This document shows positions 9,980-20,360 of a stretch of 55,591 nt of DNA, piece after piece (the first letter of the stretch is position 1; every line of letters starts with the position of its first letter). The notes beneath the pieces were generated by a model. That model saw only the letters and a program-made list of their open reading frames with translations. It did no database searches and had not been told where the DNA came from. The position numbers were made by a program, and so were the translations under genes. Source of the DNA: a virus (taxonomy: Duplodnaviria; Caudoviricetes); IMG/VR virus record IMGVR_UViG_3300025168_000106, positions 1 to 55,591 of that record; one strand, written 5' to 3'.

Positions 9980-11419
9980 ATGAGCGTAAAAGCCGACCCA
10001 ACATATGCGTTGCAACCGAGTGCCCAACAGGTGCCGACCTCAACGAATTATATTACCAACTTCGATTTCTTGAATCAGTATCTTCCTGATACATACGAGA
10101 AAGAATTTGAACGTTACGGTAACCGAACACTCGCTTCTTTCCTACGTATGGTAGGAGCTGAGATGCCTTCTAACTCTGACCGCATCGAGTGGGCAGAACA
10201 AGGACGTTTACATATCAAGTATACTAACTGTACTACTACAGTTCTTACTAATTCAGACGTAGCTACGTTTACTATCCCGAATACCAACTTTGACCCTACC
10301 CTTTCAGGTGGAGCTACTCAAGCTATCCGTAAAGGTCAGACTGTATTTATTCAGTCTCAGGATGGAGCAAATACTCCTCAGTCTTTAAAGGCGATTGTAA
10401 CAGATACAACAGCAAACACAATTGTTGTGGCTTTTTATCGTGCAAACGGTATTACTACAACAACGGTTGCAACTCAGTACACTATCTTCATCTACGGTTC
10501 TGAGTTCAGAAAAGGTTCTGTAGCTATGGAAGGTTCTTTAGAAGCTGACGATGTATTCTTCAATAACTCACCTATTATCATTAAAGATAAGTATGCAGTA
10601 TCAGGTTCTGATATGGCACAGATTGGATGGGTAGAAGTAACTACAGAGAATGGAGCTAACGGATACCTATGGTACCTAAAGTCTGAGCATGAGACTCGTC
10701 TTCGTTTCGACGATTACTTGGAGACTGCAATGATTGAAGCCGTTCCTGCTGAAGTAGGTTCAGGAGTAGCTGCTCTTACTGCGACTACATCTGTTGGAAA
10801 CAAAGGTTCTGAAGGTGTATTCTACGTAGTTAATGAGCGTGGAAACGTTTGGACAGGAGGCCCTCCGGTAGATTTAGCGGGATGGGATTCTATCATAAGC
10901 AGACTTGACAAGCAAGGAGCTATTGAAGAGAACGTTGTCTTTGTTAACCGTAACTTCGGATTCCAAATTGACGATATGTTAGCTGCACAAAACTCTTACG
11001 GAGCGGGTGGTACTTCATATGGTCTATTCGATAACGATAAGGAGATGGCATTAAACCTCGGATTCACAGGATTCCGTCGTGGATATGACTTCTACAAGTC
11101 TGATTGGAAATACCTCAATGACCCAACTATGCGTGGTGGATTGAATGGAGCAGCAGGAAGCGGGACTATTGATGGTCTTTTAGTACCTGCAGGTTCAACT
11201 TCTGTGTATGACCAAATCTTAGGAAAGAACGCGAAGCGTCCATTCTTACACGTGCGTTACCGTGCGTCTGAGACGGAAGACCGTCGTTACAAGACTTGGA
11301 TTACAGGTTCTGCAGGAGGAGCGTCTAACAGCGGGCTTGATGCTATGGAAGTTCATTTCCTTTCTGAGCGTGCAGTATGCACTTTAGGAGCGAATAACTT
11401 CTTTATCTTCGAGCAATAA
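9980..11419 (+). CDS. Major capsid protein
   Basis: 479 aa, canonical position after portal and scaffold, codon usage suggesting high expression, followed by a strong terminator. Confidence 0.85.
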   Translation: MSVKADPTYALQPSAQQVPTSTNYITNFDFLNQYLPDTYEKEFERYGNRTLASFLRMVGAEMPSNSDRIEWAEQGRLHIKYTNCTTTVLTNSDVATFTIPNTNFDPTLSGGATQAIRKGQTVFIQSQDGANTPQSLKAIVTDTTANTIVVAFYRANGITTTTVATQYTIFIYGSEFRKGSVAMEGSLEADDVFFNNSPIIIKDKYAVSGSDMAQIGWVEVTTENGANGYLWYLKSEHETRLRFDDYLETAMIEAVPAEVGSGVAALTATTSVGNKGSEGVFYVVNERGNVWTGGPPVDLAGWDSIISRLDKQGAIEENVVFVNRNFGFQIDDMLAAQNSYGAGGTSYGLFDNDKEMALNLGFTGFRRGYDFYKSDWKYLNDPTMRGGLNGAAGSGTIDGLLVPAGSTSVYDQILGKNAKRPFLHVRYRASETEDRRYKTWITGSAGGASNSGLDAMEVHFLSERAVCTLGANNFFIFEQ

Positions 11420-11435
11420 TATATATATGGTAATT

Positions 11436-11472
11436 GGACGAGGGTTCAAACCCTCGTCCTTTTATTTTTTTT
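11436..11472 (+). terminator. Intrinsic terminator after the capsid gene, built on the GAGGGTT-CA-AACCCTC palindrome
   Basis: GGACGAGGGT-TCAA-ACCCTCGTCC stem followed by a T-rich tract. Confidence 0.85.
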
Positions 11473-11490
11473 AATTTTAATCTAATCTTT

Positions 11491-12234
11491 ATGAAAAACA
11501 AATCAGTTTCAAAAACTAGGGCTTATAAATTAACAAATAATGCAGCCCCTCTCTCCACCTACATTAGTCCCGGAGGAAACAAACGACAACCTATGCTTAA
11601 GTTTGACGATGTCAAAAAAGTTAATAGAGAGATTCGTTATGCAGCCAACCAACAATCTATCTATGTAGATGAACAAGACGGACACGTAGTAGTGGAACCT
11701 ATTGTTTTTATTGATGGCATGCTAACCGTACCTGAAAACAACCCTGCTTTACAAAAGTTCCTACATCTTCATCCTTTAAATGGAGGTAGATTCGTGGAGA
11801 TTAATCTTGAGCGCGATGCTGCTAAAGAGATGGAAACTTTAAACTATGAAGTAGACGCTTTAATTGAGTGCCGTTCATTAAGTATTGAGCAATCAGAAAA
11901 TGTCGCCCGTGTAATGTATGGTATAGACCCATCTACATTAACTACATCTGAGTTACGTAGAGACCTTTTAATTCAGGCTCGCCATGACCCACAGAGGTTT
12001 TTAGAAATTGTTAATGACCCGCATCTAAAGTTGCAGTCGAATATCCAAAATTTCTTTAGCAAATCTCTTTTAACTTATAGACGTAATAAGTCTGAGGTGT
12101 GGTTTAATACCGCAGCAAGCAAAAAGAAAATGCTTACCATTCCTTTCGGAGAAGAGTCTTTGACGGCATGTGAGTCATACTTTATTACCGATGAAGGTGT
12201 AGAAGCTTTAAAGATGTTGGAAACACACCTATAA
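11491..12234 (+). CDS. Hypothetical protein downstream of the capsid gene
   Basis: ATG 11491 preferred over TTG 11434, whose extension runs through the terminator. Confidence 0.75.
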   Translation: MKNKSVSKTRAYKLTNNAAPLSTYISPGGNKRQPMLKFDDVKKVNREIRYAANQQSIYVDEQDGHVVVEPIVFIDGMLTVPENNPALQKFLHLHPLNGGRFVEINLERDAAKEMETLNYEVDALIECRSLSIEQSENVARVMYGIDPSTLTTSELRRDLLIQARHDPQRFLEIVNDPHLKLQSNIQNFFSKSLLTYRRNKSEVWFNTAASKKKMLTIPFGEESLTACESYFITDEGVEALKMLETHL

Positions 12235-12294
12235 AGTCTTATCTTTACAGTAGCTTAATACTTAAAGGACAATATATTTCGGTCAATACTGTTT

Positions 12295-12324
12295 AAAGGG
12301 GACGCAATTTGCGTCCCTTTTTTT
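12295..12324 (+). terminator. Intrinsic terminator
   Basis: AAAGGGGACGC-AATTT-GCGTCCC followed by a T7 tract. Confidence 0.85.
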
Positions 12325-12329
12325 ATGCG

Positions 12330-12337
12330 TATATTTG
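12330..12337 (+). promoter_or_regulatory. -7 promoter element (TATATTTG)
   Basis: Directly after the terminator and upstream of ORF 12367. Confidence 0.6.
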
Positions 12338-12366
12338 GTTTTTATTAATCATCTAATTTTTTAAAG

Positions 12367-12663
12367 ATGCAAAAGTACCTTAAATTTAACACTACCGCAG
12401 GTGTTCATAACGTTCCCGTAGGGAGTGGCTTATTTGCGGATAAGGTAGATGCAACAGAAACAAGGCTTTATAACCAAAATGCTTTTCTGTATCACTACAA
12501 ATTGGTAACAACAGGAAGTAATACAGATACAGCAGTATTGCTTGTAAACATTAACACAGCTTTAGAAAGAGCTTCTGCAACTACTTGGCAAAACTCTGAA
12601 GTTGAAGTTCAAATACCTTCAGGAGTAGCCGTAACTTCAATCGCATTAACTGCATTCTCATGA
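12367..12663 (+). CDS. Small putative virion protein, paralog 1
   Basis: 98 aa; aligns by eye with the next ORF (KY...PVGxGLFA...YHY...A..T.W...V.+P.G..V..+A+TAF). Confidence 0.7.
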   Translation: MQKYLKFNTTAGVHNVPVGSGLFADKVDATETRLYNQNAFLYHYKLVTTGSNTDTAVLLVNINTALERASATTWQNSEVEVQIPSGVAVTSIALTAFS

Positions 12664-12953
12664 TAAAATATATTCGTATACAAACAGGCGCTTCTAAGCA
12701 ATCGCTAATACCTGTAGGACAAGGATTATTCGCTGAACTTGCAACCGCAAGTGAGGTTAAAATCTATAGCTCTGATGACGCTGCCTATCACTACTCTGTT
12801 ACTAACAGCGCTAATTTTACTTTTGCCATGGTTTCAGCTATTCAAGAGGCATGTGTACAAGCTGCTCAAACAAGTTGGACAAGACCTGTATGGGATGTAG
12901 CTGTCCCTGTAGGAGAAGAGGTTGATGATGTTGCAGTTACTGCATTTGCATAG
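12660..12953 (+). CDS. Small putative virion protein, paralog 2
   Basis: 97 aa, ATGA-coupled to paralog 1. Confidence 0.7.
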   Translation: MIKYIRIQTGASKQSLIPVGQGLFAELATASEVKIYSSDDAAYHYSVTNSANFTFAMVSAIQEACVQAAQTSWTRPVWDVAVPVGEEVDDVAVTAFA

Positions 12954-12978
12954 TACTTATTGACAATACATATTAGAA

Positions 12979-13008
12979 AGGAGCTGCTATTAGTGGCTCT
13001 TTTTTTTT
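12979..13008 (+). terminator. Intrinsic terminator
   Basis: GAGCTGCTA-T-TAGTGGCTC stem (G-U pairs) followed by a T9 tract. Confidence 0.8.
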
Positions 13009-13011
13009 GTC

Positions 13012-13019
13012 TATCTTTG
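13012..13019 (+). promoter_or_regulatory. -7 promoter element (TATCTTTG) for tail genes
   Basis: TAnnTTTG directly after the terminator, upstream of ATG 13035. Confidence 0.6.
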
Positions 13020-13034
13020 AGGAAAGGTTTACTC

Positions 13035-13781
13035 ATGATAAATTCCGTTAGAAACACAGTGTTGTCCGTACTCAATAAGAATAATTATGGGTATATATCT
13101 CCGGCAGACTTTAACTTGTTTGCTAAACAAGCACAGCTTACAATTTTTGAGAACTATTTCTCAGATTATAATAACGCTTTAAACAAAGAGAATGCACGTA
13201 GGTCAGGCACTGAGTATGCCGATGCTTCTAAGAGTATTTCAGAGTCTATAGATATCTTCTCTGTTACAAATGACTTGTCTATTGTTACTGCGGGAACTAA
13301 TGTATATAACCTTCCTTCTATAGCAACTACTTCAGATGACTTCTATCTTTTAAACAAAGTCTTATGTTTTACAAATGCAACTCCTGCGGTGTTTACAGGA
13401 GAAGCCGAGGCTGTTACACATAGCAAAATCACTATGCTAAATAACTCTATGTTACTAGCACCTACTACAGTTTTCCCTGCTTATACTATTGAAGGTAATC
13501 TTTTAACTGTTTTCCCTGCTACTATTAATCAAGCTGCTCAAGTACAAGCGCAATATATCCGCTATCCTTTTGACCCCAATTGGACATACGCTTTAATTAC
13601 AGGAGGAGAACCTGTGTTTGACGATAGTCAAGCTGACTTCCAAGACTTTGAAGTTCCTATTGATGATGAACCACAGTTAGTAAATTTAATTCTACAGATG
13701 TGCGGTATATCTATTCGAGAGATGGATGTGTATACATACGCACAAGCTGAAGAAACTAAAAACCTTCAACAACAAGCATAA
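13035..13781 (+). CDS. Putative head-tail adaptor / ring protein
   Basis: ATG 13035 (MINSVR); LNKNNYGYISPADFNLFAKQAQ and YIRYP motifs; position after the head genes. Confidence 0.65.
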   Translation: MINSVRNTVLSVLNKNNYGYISPADFNLFAKQAQLTIFENYFSDYNNALNKENARRSGTEYADASKSISESIDIFSVTNDLSIVTAGTNVYNLPSIATTSDDFYLLNKVLCFTNATPAVFTGEAEAVTHSKITMLNNSMLLAPTTVFPAYTIEGNLLTVFPATINQAAQVQAQYIRYPFDPNWTYALITGGEPVFDDSQADFQDFEVPIDDEPQLVNLILQMCGISIREMDVYTYAQAEETKNLQQQA

Positions 13782-14704
13782 TGCCGTATATCACAGATTA
13801 TAATTATTACGAGAATGAAGGTGCTATGCCTACTAATGAAAATTGGGGGTCGTATCAATTTGTCTCTCTCTCGGATATTGTAAACAACTTTATGTTGATT
13901 TACAGTGGAAACCACTCTCTTGTAAATAACGAAGACAGATTTAAAGTTCTCTTCCATGCTAAGAGAGCTATCATGGAGCTCAATTACGATGCCTTTAAAG
14001 AGGTTAAAATCCTTGAGCTATCCGTAGGTGAGGCTTTGAGGTATATCCTCCCTCAGGACTACGTTAATTGGGTTCGTATTTCAGAGTATAAAAACGGCTT
14101 GTTATTTCCTTTAACGGAAAATATTCAAACCAATTGGAGCAATGCTTATATACAAGACAATGCTTCAAAGATTTTATTTGACCAAGATGGAAACGTCTTA
14201 AAGCCTGAGTTCTCTGATATGTCTTATCAGCGTATTACAGGAGGTAAGAGAAGTATATACCTTAATTCTAATAGTCCTTACAACGGAACGGAAGGATGGG
14301 AATTTGAAGGTAATTGGTATTTCTCTTATGGAATAGGTGCAAGATTTGGATTAAATACTGAAACGGCAAATGTTAACCCTACTTTTTCTATAGACAAAAA
14401 AGGTGGTGTAATTAATTTTAGTTCAGGTATGAACAATAAATTGGTAACGCTTGAGTACGTGTCTGATGGTATGGAGAACGGAAATGACGCTAGTGTAACT
14501 ATTAACAAACTGTTTGAGGAATTTGTATATGCTTATATTCGCTACTCTATACTTAACTCTAAGTTAGGTGTTCAAGAGTATATTGTATCGAGAGCACGCA
14601 AAGAGAAAGCTGCGTTACTTCGCAATGCTAAAATTCGTCTAAGTAATATTCATCCGGGCCGTTTGTTAATGAACATGCGTGGCAAAGACAAATGGTTAAA
14701 GTAA
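13781..14704 (+). CDS. Putative tail ring / tubular protein
   Basis: ILPQDYVNWVRI motif and LEYVSDG; lies between adaptor and nozzle genes. Confidence 0.6.
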   Translation: MPYITDYNYYENEGAMPTNENWGSYQFVSLSDIVNNFMLIYSGNHSLVNNEDRFKVLFHAKRAIMELNYDAFKEVKILELSVGEALRYILPQDYVNWVRISEYKNGLLFPLTENIQTNWSNAYIQDNASKILFDQDGNVLKPEFSDMSYQRITGGKRSIYLNSNSPYNGTEGWEFEGNWYFSYGIGARFGLNTETANVNPTFSIDKKGGVINFSSGMNNKLVTLEYVSDGMENGNDASVTINKLFEEFVYAYIRYSILNSKLGVQEYIVSRARKEKAALLRNAKIRLSNIHPGRLLMNMRGKDKWLK

Positions 14705-14705
14705 T

Positions 14706-17700
14706 ATGGCAAATACTATAAGGAATTTCATTGCGGGTCGCATGAACAAAGTCGTGGATGAGAGACTTATCCCGGACGGAGAATATATTGATGCTTTAAA
14801 TATCCGACTTGGTTCTACTGAGTCTTCGGAAGTCGGGTCTGTAGAGAACTCTAAGGGTAATGACAGGCTTACTACTCTTGAGTATATAGACGGAACAGTT
14901 TTAAGCGTTGATGCCACATGTATAGGAGCTTATGCTGACGGAGAGCAAGAGACTATGTATTGGTTTATCCACGATGATAATTTTTCATCTGTAGGAGCGA
15001 CAGGAAAGTTAGACCTTATTGTTTCTTATAACACCGAGACTTTAATTCTTACCTATCACCTTGTTAGTATTGACGATGGAGGAGGTGTTAACACTACTCT
15101 TAATTTCTCTAAGACATATCTTATTACAGGGATTAATTTAATAGATAACCTGTTATTTTTCACTGACGATTTAAACCAACCACGCAGGATAAACGTTAAT
15201 AAAAACTATGCTGACCCTGTATCGAATATAGATGGTTTTTCTGCTGAGGATATCCTTGTTATAAAAGCACCTCCTATTGCTGCACCTACTATTGTTCCTT
15301 TTAATATTCAAGGAGAAGAAAACTACTTAGAAGACCGACTTATCTCTTTTGCATATAGGTATAAATATAAGGACAATGAATACTCTGCTATATCACAGTT
15401 TTCTGCTCCTTCTTTTGTTCCTGAGCAGTATCAGTTAAGCAATGAGTCTTACTTGAATGAAGGGATGGTAAACTCGACCAATGCTTGTCAAGTAACCTAC
15501 AATTCCGGAGGTCCTTTAGTAGTTGGTATAGACCTTCTATTTAAAGAGATGACTAGCGATATTATCAAAGTTATTGAGAAGATAAATAAAGTTAATGACG
15601 GTATTGCTAATAATGTTTTTGAGACATTCTCATTTTCTAACAGTAAAATTTTTACTGTACTTCCTTCTTCTGAAATACTTAGACTGTATGATAACGTTCC
15701 TCTTTTAGCTAAAGCTCAAACTGTTATGGGGAATAGGCTTATGTACGGGAACTATGTAGATGGGTTTGATTTAAAGAGACGGAATGCCCCAACTCAGTTC
15801 ACCTATCGCACAGACCTTGTTAGCGAGCCGATTGGACTTAAAGACCTTGCTTATAACCGAGAAAGCTCTTTATATACTTGGATAGCAAATGTAAACCCTA
15901 ATAACTCACAACTAAACCTTGACCTTACCAACGCAGTGGGTAATTTAAAAACGGGAGCGACTATAGACCTTACGCTTTCTTTTACTCACTATAATTTTGC
16001 AAATGGAAACCCTACTAGCCCTCCTGTTGAAGAGTCTACAGACAGGCAATTAAATTTTTTATATACCCTCACTCAGAATTACAACTCGGTAAGTGAGCTG
16101 TATGCAAGTGTTGATTTTCAAGAAAAGATAGGTACAGTTTCAAATATACTTCCTGTATATAGCGCTACCGTCCCTACTTCTTGTAGTGGGTTGACTTTAA
16201 CAGACCTTTTTAACTGTACTATAACTGACAGCTTGCAGGGAGGGAACCCAACTCCGATGTATAAGTATGCAAGTGGTATAACCGGGCCCGGAGAACCTGT
16301 ACTAACCACTCATGACAACGGAACTGACATTATTAGCTTTCAGTTTCCTGCTATGCAGTTTGTTTCCGATGTTTTAAATCCCGGTATTTTTATATTTGAG
16401 TACTATTCTGTTAGTGCTATTAGCACAAGTTTCTCTAATCTTGGAAGCCCTAAGAGCCTCCATAGTAACCGAGGATATGAAATAGGCATCGTATACATGG
16501 ATGAGTTCAATCGTGCCACTACAGCCTTAGTAAGCCCCGATAACACCATTCATGTTGGGTGCAGCAAGTCTGCTGCTAAAAACTCCATTAAAGTTACTAT
16601 ACCCACAACGCAAGAAGCTCCTGATTTTGCCAAGCGATATAAGTTTGTTATTAAACCTGATGAAGCTTCATACAACACTGTGTATACAAGTATATTTTTC
16701 TATGACCCTGTAACTGCAACTGACTATTTCTTACTTCAAGGAGAGAATGCTGCTAAAGTAGAAGAAGGAGACAGGCTTATTGTTAAAAGAGATGTTGATG
16801 GACCTTTAAATAGTTGTAAATATGTAACTGTCCTTGAGAAAAAAGCTCAAGAAGAAGACTTTATTCTTCCTACAGATTCTACAGGTACAGTTATTTCTGT
16901 TCCTCAAGGGGTATATATGCAGACTAGAAGCTCTGAATTTAATAGTTCTTTAACAGACGCTGCATCTTTAAATCCCGGTACGTTAAATTATTGTGCAGGA
17001 AAAGACAGTTTTGATAATTTAGAGTTTGTTCAAAGAGCTTATAATTTTTCTGCTTTATTAGACCCTGCGATTTCTGCTCCTGATGGAGATGTATATCCTA
17101 TTTATGATATACCTGTAGGTAGTAGTATTCGCCTTAGGTTCGAATTTTCTAGAAAAGGAACCGGAGATGGAAACAATGCTTGTGAAAGAAGGATATATAA
17201 ATTTGATGAAACATATATTTCTAGTGAAACATATGGTAATATAATTGATTGGTGGAATGGGGATAATGTAGGGGAAACTATTGATGACGGAGAACAAGAG
17301 GTGGGAGGAGATGGAGACCCTATTCAAAATGAATACATAACTCCGACTACAGCTTCTGTAGTAAATTTCTATGGTATTACACCCTCATTAAATACTAACA
17401 AATATAGATGGTACATGAATCCTGTTAGTAATGAAATAAGATTAGCATTAACAGGAACTAGAGCGTGTGGAAGTGTAAGTAATGACAATAAAAAGTCTTG
17501 TATCAAAGCCACAATAGATGTAGTAAGAGCAGAGAACACTATCGTTTTTGAAACAGAGCCTGTAGACGCTTTACCTGATGTGTGGTATGAGTCATCTGAA
17601 TCGTATTCTATTGACGCTCTTGGAAACCATAGCGGGAATGTTACTAATCAGAATATTGCAGGTAATGTTAGCGGAGTGGTTGACACCGCTTTCTTTAATT

Positions 17701-19397
17701 GTTTTGCTTTCGGAAACGGAGTAGAGAGTTATAAGATTCGTGACTCCATGTCAGGGCGAGCTCTTGCTCTTGGGAATAGAGTTACTACAGTAGCTGCTCA
17801 AGATTTTAAGAGAGCAGACCGATTTGCAGATATGACCTATAGCGGGGTCTTTAATAATGAGTTTAACTTAAATAAGTTAAATGAGTTTAACCTTGGTCTA
17901 GCAAACTATAAAACTTTAGAAGAGTCTTTCGGTCCTATCGAAAAAATGTTTGCTCAAGACACCAATATCCTTGTCCTTCAAGAGGATAAGATATCGTATG
18001 TACTTGCAAGTAAGAATCTTATCTCAGACTCTACGGGAGGAGGGGTAGTAGCTTCTATACCTGAAATTTTAGGTACTCAGATAGCTAGAATAGAAGAGTT
18101 TGGTATCAGTAATAACCCTGAAAGTTTTGCTCAATGGGGACCGTCTAAATACTTTACGGATGCCAAAAGAGGAGCTGTTATACAACTCACAGGAAGTGGA
18201 CCTTCTGAATCTCTTGTAGTGGTATCCGAAGCAGGTATGAGAAGTTGGTTTAGGGATATGTTCATCTCAAACTTTACTTCTCAAAAACTTGGCGGGTATG
18301 ACCCATATATGAACGAGTATGTTCTTGGAAATAACCTTACTTCTCTACCTAAAGAAATTTCATGTATACAGTGTGGAATAACTAAAACATATAATATAAA
18401 AGGTAAAAACATAAGTGCTTGCTACAACCTTGGAGGGACGGTAGGCGATGTAGTAATCTCTTGGCCTACTCCCTTTGTAAGCGACACTTTTTCTTTTACC
18501 ACTACTTATAACGGTGTTACGACTACTCATGCGGCTTTTAACTCTGCAGGTACTGTAACGATTGTAAAAAACTCTGTTGCAGCCGAACAGTTGGATATTG
18601 TATTCTCCGTTCCTTCATCATCCGATACTGCTTTGGTTAATTTTTCAGTAGCGTGTCCTGTAGCAGATACCATTAATATTATTTTAGTTACTCTAACTAA
18701 TAATTCCGATGCAGGCAAAACAATTCATAATCAATATCGTTGGACAGATGGAGTATTTTCTTCTCCTACTCATTCGAATCAGATTTCATTTTTAACCTCT
18801 ACATCCTCTCGTGTAGTATCTCAGTATTCTCAGATAACAGGACCTCAAGGAGCGGGGATTATACCTGCTCAGGGAGCTACGGTGTATTTAATTTCGGATA
18901 AGCAATCGACAGATGATTACAATTTAAACGTAGCTACAGATAAGTTTTTATGGCTAAGGAGCTCTACTTTATATCCAAATACTGAAGCAGGTATAGGAAA
19001 TTTACTTACTGCTGCAGCGACTCTTACCCCTACGGGAACTACGCCTACTTTCTCGGCAAACTTCCCTATGCCCGCAGCAAATGATAATGACTACCTCTAT
19101 CTTGTTTGGAACTACTCAACAGCTACGGAAGTAAGTTTATGTTACAGTACTACAAGCCCATTCGATGCTTGTTGTGATTGTACATGCGCTACCGGAGAGT
19201 GCACGCAGTGGTTAGTAAGTAACACCACCTCTTCTCAAGTAGTTTTACGATACACAAATTGTGATGGAGTAAAAGGAACAACTATTACTTTGGGAGCTAA
19301 TAACAGTACTACCTTGTGTGCCGATGGAGTTATAAGTATTATTTCAGGACCAACCACAGGAGTTAATTTTACAATAACAAAGTGCGATTGCACATAA
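14706..19397 (+). CDS. Tail nozzle/muzzle (DNA stabilization) protein with Cys-rich C-terminal extension
   Basis: N-terminal FIAGRMNKVVDERLIPDGEYIDALNI, LFFTDDLNQPRRIN, FAYRYKY, GIVYMDEFNR, GISNNPESFA and GGYDPY motifs, typical of Bacteroidota podophage nozzle proteins. Confidence 0.7.
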   Translation: MANTIRNFIAGRMNKVVDERLIPDGEYIDALNIRLGSTESSEVGSVENSKGNDRLTTLEYIDGTVLSVDATCIGAYADGEQETMYWFIHDDNFSSVGATGKLDLIVSYNTETLILTYHLVSIDDGGGVNTTLNFSKTYLITGINLIDNLLFFTDDLNQPRRINVNKNYADPVSNIDGFSAEDILVIKAPPIAAPTIVPFNIQGEENYLEDRLISFAYRYKYKDNEYSAISQFSAPSFVPEQYQLSNESYLNEGMVNSTNACQVTYNSGGPLVVGIDLLFKEMTSDIIKVIEKINKVNDGIANNVFETFSFSNSKIFTVLPSSEILRLYDNVPLLAKAQTVMGNRLMYGNYVDGFDLKRRNAPTQFTYRTDLVSEPIGLKDLAYNRESSLYTWIANVNPNNSQLNLDLTNAVGNLKTGATIDLTLSFTHYNFANGNPTSPPVEESTDRQLNFLYTLTQNYNSVSELYASVDFQEKIGTVSNILPVYSATVPTSCSGLTLTDLFNCTITDSLQGGNPTPMYKYASGITGPGEPVLTTHDNGTDIISFQFPAMQFVSDVLNPGIFIFEYYSVSAISTSFSNLGSPKSLHSNRGYEIGIVYMDEFNRATTALVSPDNTIHVGCSKSAAKNSIKVTIPTTQEAPDFAKRYKFVIKPDEASYNTVYTSIFFYDPVTATDYFLLQGENAAKVEEGDRLIVKRDVDGPLNSCKYVTVLEKKAQEEDFILPTDSTGTVISVPQGVYMQTRSSEFNSSLTDAASLNPGTLNYCAGKDSFDNLEFVQRAYNFSALLDPAISAPDGDVYPIYDIPVGSSIRLRFEFSRKGTGDGNNACERRIYKFDETYISSETYGNIIDWWNGDNVGETIDDGEQEVGGDGDPIQNEYITPTTASVVNFYGITPSLNTNKYRWYMNPVSNEIRLALTGTRACGSVSNDNKKSCIKATIDVVRAENTIVFETEPVDALPDVWYESSESYSIDALGNHSGNVTNQNIAGNVSGVVDTAFFNCFAFGNGVESYKIRDSMSGRALALGNRVTTVAAQDFKRADRFADMTYSGVFNNEFNLNKLNEFNLGLANYKTLEESFGPIEKMFAQDTNILVLQEDKISYVLASKNLISDSTGGGVVASIPEILGTQIARIEEFGISNNPESFAQWGPSKYFTDAKRGAVIQLTGSGPSESLVVVSEAGMRSWFRDMFISNFTSQKLGGYDPYMNEYVLGNNLTSLPKEISCIQCGITKTYNIKGKNISACYNLGGTVGDVVISWPTPFVSDTFSFTTTYNGVTTTHAAFNSAGTVTIVKNSVAAEQLDIVFSVPSSSDTALVNFSVACPVADTINIILVTLTNNSDAGKTIHNQYRWTDGVFSSPTHSNQISFLTSTSSRVVSQYSQITGPQGAGIIPAQGATVYLISDKQSTDDYNLNVATDKFLWLRSSTLYPNTEAGIGNLLTAAATLTPTGTTPTFSANFPMPAANDNDYLYLVWNYSTATEVSLCYSTTSPFDACCDCTCATGECTQWLVSNTTSSQVVLRYTNCDGVKGTTITLGANNSTTLCADGVISIISGPTTGVNFTITKCDCT

Positions 19398-19406
19398 TCA
19401 TATCTA

Positions 19407-20351
19407 ATGGCAACTATCGGAACTTATTATTTAAACGGGCCTAACCTATTAACGTCAACGGGAATCTTTACTACCCCTGCGTTTACTACTTCTGCCCCTA
19501 ATGGATGGTATAGCCAAGAGGGAATTGTACGTCAGTTACAAAACGGCATTCTTCTTCCTAGAGCTCAATGTCCATCTTGTGATAGTCCCTGTGGCTCAAA
19601 CGTAGTTGACGGTCTTGCAGGCTATGGTTTGTATTTAGTGCCTGTAGATTTAGGTGCGGCTCAGGGAGCGGTTAAAGTTACTTTTGACCCTAAAGTTTAT
19701 CCTCAGGGGATACGAGCGATTTATAATAACACTGTCTTTAATAAATTTAGTTCGGAGCAAGATGGATATCATGGGACTACCGTAACAGATGGGTTAACAT
19801 ATATGGGAAATTCTGCTACTGCACCTGCTCTTCCTCTTCAAATATTACTGACAAATGAATGGGAGTATTTTAATGGAGCTTTTGCTCAAAATGGAACTAA
19901 CGTTGATATATTTGTTACACAGATTTCTTCCACAACAGGTAAAAGTCCCGACGAGTGTATTGCTTATATCCCAAAACCTTTAAGTAGTCCTTCAACGGTT
20001 CAGTTGCAAGTAGCACAGGTTATTAATAATCAAACCACTCCTAGTTGGAATTTAACTGTAGAATGCCCTACTAAACTTACACCTATCCCTAGTACTAGAG
20101 GGCTTACAACAAACCAAACTTGCAGTACGCTAGAGGGGTTAGACTTCACGATATATTTAGGTAAAGTTAGCGGAGCTGCTGACGAGCCCGTAGTTCACGA
20201 TTGGGTTTTTCAAGATGAAGATGCAGTACTCCCTAGAACTCCACCTGTTGGAACGACGGTCGGATACTATAAAATAGGAACAGCAGCGCAATATTGGCTA
20301 ATAGAGACAGACGTAAATGGAGTCATTACAGTTGTTACACCATGCCCATAA
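19407..20351 (+). CDS. Putative tail-associated / adhesin protein
   Basis: T/G/P-rich 314 aa with Cys pairs, inside the tail module. Confidence 0.55.
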   Translation: MATIGTYYLNGPNLLTSTGIFTTPAFTTSAPNGWYSQEGIVRQLQNGILLPRAQCPSCDSPCGSNVVDGLAGYGLYLVPVDLGAAQGAVKVTFDPKVYPQGIRAIYNNTVFNKFSSEQDGYHGTTVTDGLTYMGNSATAPALPLQILLTNEWEYFNGAFAQNGTNVDIFVTQISSTTGKSPDECIAYIPKPLSSPSTVQLQVAQVINNQTTPSWNLTVECPTKLTPIPSTRGLTTNQTCSTLEGLDFTIYLGKVSGAADEPVVHDWVFQDEDAVLPRTPPVGTTVGYYKIGTAAQYWLIETDVNGVITVVTPCP

Positions 20352-20360
20352 TAAAAAGAT

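Noticed and set aside
11434-11490. N-terminal extension (MDEGSNPRPF...) from the ORF track
   Set aside because: It reads through the terminator hairpin and T-tract; ATG 11491 is the plausible start. Similar over-extended starts at 12960, 2024, 43299, 44135 and 47909 were also trimmed.
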